Below are positions 9,987 to 13,135 of a stretch of 13,135 nt of DNA, piece after piece. Each line of letters starts with the position of its first letter. Positions within the stretch are counted from its first letter, which is position 1. The notes under the pieces were generated by a model that was not told the DNA's origin, made no database searches, and worked only from the letters and a program-made list of their open reading frames with translations. The DNA is from Zygophlyctis sp. KS116 (Eukaryota > Fungi > Chytridiomycota). The DNA lies in the NCBI GenBank assembly GCA_054661495.1, contig BAAFSQ010000276.1:1-13135 (forward strand), in the 5' to 3' direction. The position numbers and the translations under genes are program-made.

Positions 9987-10570
9987 TTATATTTTTCTTA
10001 TTGGGACTACGTCTTCAATACGTCCGAATCTACTAGATGCTGCGGACATTGGTCTTGAATTTGAGATAACCGTTCCTTTACTGGCATGATGATGCAAAGC
10101 AGAAAATCTAGAGCTCAAAGACCCCTATACTTAATAATATAAAAACGTACATCAGTATTTAAGACAGTATCTGGCATGACATAACGTACGCCAACACTCG
10201 AGGGATAACCAGGCGCAGAATATGAATCTATTTTCTGTATTTCATAAGATGGTTCTACAGACAACGGCCTTTTAATAGACCTTTGAATTTCCAAGTTTAA
10301 TTTTGGCGACGGCTGGTTGACAGGAACATATTCATCATTTTGAATGGTTATCATTATAGAGTCTGCATTCAATTTATTTGGCATCGGTTTTGATAATTTA
10401 TTGAGTGACTGAGCCATTCTGGATACATTACTTTGGCCGACAATTGATGGCCGCTGCCCATTTGATGGTCGTTGAATAGACTTTCTTTTTGAGTTTGTGG
10501 ACGTGGAAGTATCAAGTCTCTTGTTTATAGCAGCAGCTTTATTATTTCGACTGGCAGACTTTTGTCGCAT
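9987..10570 (-). CDS. Hypothetical basic, Ser/Arg-rich low-complexity protein, 185 aa, 2 exons
   Basis: ATG at 10570 (MRQKSASR). A 26-nt GT-AG intron (10150-10125) extends the frame to TAA at 9989-9987 and fills the gap to the neighbouring gene. Confidence 0.7.
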
Positions 10571-10602
10571 CGTCGGAATTTGTACCAAAATAATAAAAAT
10601 TT

Positions 10603-11681
10603 TCACTGAAAGCCCGATCTTGAGGCAATTTTGAGACCTTTTAATTAGAAATTCATAATTTACAATCTGAAAACATTCCAAAAGCAGTCACAGCAGATCC
10701 AGCTCCTGCCCCTTGAATAATCAATGGAGAAGGGAATCTGCGCGTCTTAAATGCTACTATATTATCCGATCCTTTCAAAGAAGCAAATGGATGATCTAAT
10801 GGGTATGATCGCAGATATACTCCTGATCCTTGGGATTTTACAACTCCGACAAACCGTAAGACATGTCCCTTACTAATAGCTGCACTATTCAAATCATGAA
10901 AGTATTTGTTAAAATCCGGAAGACGATTCAGAAATTCTTGAGGTGTTTTCAAGCTAGATAATTCACCAGGTATGATTTGATCAATCGGAAGGGATGATAC
11001 GTCAAGAGAATAGCCCGCCAATCTTCCAAGGATAACTACTTTTCTAGCGACATCTAATCCATTTAGGTCGTCTCGAGGATCTGGTTCTGTATATCCAAGA
11101 CTTTTTGCTTGTTCCAAGACTGAAGAAAATGTAACATTGGCTGTAGGATCAGAAAAAGTGTTGAAGAGATAAGATAATGTTCCAGAGAAAATTCCTTCTA
11201 TGGAAATAATATCATCACCAGTATTTACCAAGTCTCTAAGCGTAGATAAAACTGGAAGACCAGCTCCAACAGTTGATTCGTGCAATAAACACACTGACTT
11301 TTCATTAGCAATTGAGAACATATTCTTCCAAGTTTCTAAAGATCCAGAGAATGCTTTCTTATTGGGTGTAACTATGTTAATACCCAAATTTAGCCAGTCC
11401 TGATAGAGATCAGCGATTTGCTGGGAAGCGGTGCAATCAACAATGATTGGATTGGGCAGAGATTTTAATCTTAAGGCCAAACTTTGTAGATCTGTAGGTA
11501 TACCATCTTGATCCAAACATTGCCGATAATTACTGAGATCATTTGGAGAGTAAATCATCTTGCGAGAATTAGAAATTGCTACGATATTGATTTTTAATTT
11601 CTTGGAAGAGAAGCTGTGGATCTGATTTATAAATTCATGTCCTACTAATCCCGGACCAACAATCGCAATTGATAAACTCAT
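10603..11681 (-). CDS. HOM6: Homoserine dehydrogenase (monofunctional, fungal type), 350 aa
   Basis: Motifs GPGLVG, VDCT, VTPNKK, ESTVGAGLP, SGTLSY, GYTEPDPRDDLNGLDVARK, GAGAG. A 26-nt intron (10663-10638) gives the C-terminus SDCLKIASRSGFQ*. Confidence 0.95.
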
Positions 11682-11719
11682 TAAAATTTTTAAGGCTTTC
11701 GTTCAAACTAAGAAATTAA

Positions 11720-12735
11720 CTAGGTAGGTACGTAATTGAAAAGATAAGAGACAGACTCTCCATTATGCGTTCTTCTGACTGCTTCTGCAAATGTAAATGA
11801 CACATCAATTGTATCTAATTTTGGACAGAGAGCTTTCTTGCTTTGATGAGGAATAGTATTTGTCTGTGATTAAATTAAATAAAAATACCACTACTAATCT
11901 TGTTAATGCTGACTTGTTAATAACATCGATTGCTTTCCCAGAAAGAACAGCATGTGTCACAACAGCATATACACCTACAGCACCATTTTCAGTCAAAACT
12001 TGGGCAGCAAGCCCCAATGTACCACAAGTATCAGCCATATCATCAACAAGTACACAAATCTTATTCTTGACTTCTCCAACCAAAACCATTCTTGAAACCT
12101 CATTAGCCTTTTTCCTTTCTTTATGAATTAATGCAAATTCCACATCTAATTTGTCAGCAATAGCTGTGGCTCTTTTTGCACCCCCTGCATCCGGTGAAAC
12201 AATCACTAAAGGATGTTCAGCAGTACAAAGAATTTCATCTTGAATATATTTCAGCTATATTTAAGTAAATTAGGCTTACAACACTTGGTTCTCCATACAG
12301 ATTATCCACTGGAATATTAAAAAATCCTTGAATTTGAGAAGCATGTAAATCCATTGTTATAACATGAGAAGCCCCTGCTACAGTCAATATATTTGCAACT
12401 AATTTTGCAGTAATCGGAGCTCTAGATTTATCCTTCTTATCTTGTCTCGCATATGGAAAACAAGGAATAACAGCAGTAATTCTTCTGGCGGATGCAGTTT
12501 TACAAGCATTAATCAAGATCAATAGTTCCATTAAATTATCATTAATGTCACCACAACCAGATTGAATAATGAAAACATCTTCATCTCTTACAGATTCTCC
12601 GATAGTCACAGAAGTCTCCTTGTTGGAGTACTTTAAAACGACACACTTTCCCAAGTCTAATCCCAGACGCTTGGCAACCAAGTTTGCAAACTCTGGGTGT
12701 GAATTACCGGCAAACAACTTTATGGAATTTGTCAT
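11720..12735 (-). CDS. PRS: Ribose-phosphate pyrophosphokinase (PRPP synthetase), 321 aa, 3 exons
   Basis: Motifs [36 protein letters not shown] and C-terminal [10 protein letters not shown]. Introns 12279-12255 and 11888-11864 (25 nt each). Confidence 0.96.
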
Positions 12736-12821
12736 GAAAATTTTAACAGTGGACGAGGTCAGGGTCAAAGTTTAGAGTTTAGGACTAATCTTTTTAAAAT
12801 CCCATTTTTACCCTAAAATCA

Positions 12822-13075
12822 TTATCCACTACATTTAAGAGAGAAAAAACGTACACTATGATGTTGTTGATTGGAATGTGAATCAACTTTACAAAGAATC
12901 CAATAAATCCCATCAATACGAACCCTGTCGCGACTGCTCTGGCGATTTCAATAAATTCTACATTGAGAAGTGTAAAACTACCTCTTCTGTCCGGTTTTGT
13001 ACATCTGTTCAGCAAATGGATAGAGTCTTTAATAAAAACTTTAGGTTCATCTAATAAATCAGTTAAATTATCCAT
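12822..13075 (-). CDS. SSS1: Protein translocon subunit Sec61 gamma, 67 aa, 3 exons
   Basis: Spliced sequence contains [10 protein letters not shown]...[25 protein letters not shown]. Introns 12981-12958 (24 nt) and 12854-12829 (26 nt). Confidence 0.95.
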
Positions 13076-13135
13076 TTTTAGAAAAGTTTTCAAAAGCTTA
13101 TTTTAACGATTAATTTTAAAGTAGTGCTAGGTCAC

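Noticed and set aside
10571-10681. ORF-track overlap between HOM6 and the 188-aa ORF (and 793-830 between ferroportin and the LRR gene)
   Set aside because: Artefacts of longest-ORF start choice. ATGs at 10570 and 871 remove the overlaps.
1669-12735. GUA1, PRS and HOM6 as a metabolic gene cluster or bacterial operon
   Set aside because: They are intron-containing eukaryotic housekeeping genes on different strands, separated by unrelated genes. Nothing beyond chance proximity is evident.
954-12775. Short shadow ORFs (954-1166, 2988-3182, 3223-3414, 4951-5187, 9499-9720, 11200-11403, 11860-12126, 12569-12775)
   Set aside because: They are antisense or off-frame to well-supported genes and have no recognisable motifs.
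1-13135. Alternative genetic code (stop-codon reassignment)
   Set aside because: TAA (GUA1, SSS1), TAG (PRS) and TGA (HOM6) fall at the expected C-termini, and internal stops lie inside introns.

Overview
Eukaryotic, AT-rich and extremely gene-dense DNA in the standard genetic code. The gene set (fungal-type GMP synthase, stand-alone homoserine dehydrogenase, Kex1-like carboxypeptidases, Sec61-gamma, ferroportin) suggests an early-diverging fungus; this is inference. The ORF track is misleading because the genes are cut by about 42 tiny spliceosomal introns of 24-33 nt. Splicing them by hand gives 12 genes separated by only 13-115 nt: ferroportin (partial), an LRR/BC-box-like protein, GUA1, a C2H2 factor, two tandem S10 carboxypeptidases absent from the ORF track (4298-6240, 6356-8412), two hypothetical proteins, an alpha/beta hydrolase, HOM6, a PRPP synthetase and Sec61-gamma. 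The most unusual locus is the carboxypeptidase pair. The copies share a 742-bp apparently identical tract including 7 introns but have diverged signal peptides and C-terminal halves. Copy A also has two introns at paralog-conserved positions whose size- and frame-appropriate 3' end is TG rather than AG; one could switch the enzyme between membrane-anchored and soluble forms. All gene models were derived by eye and need RNA-seq confirmation.
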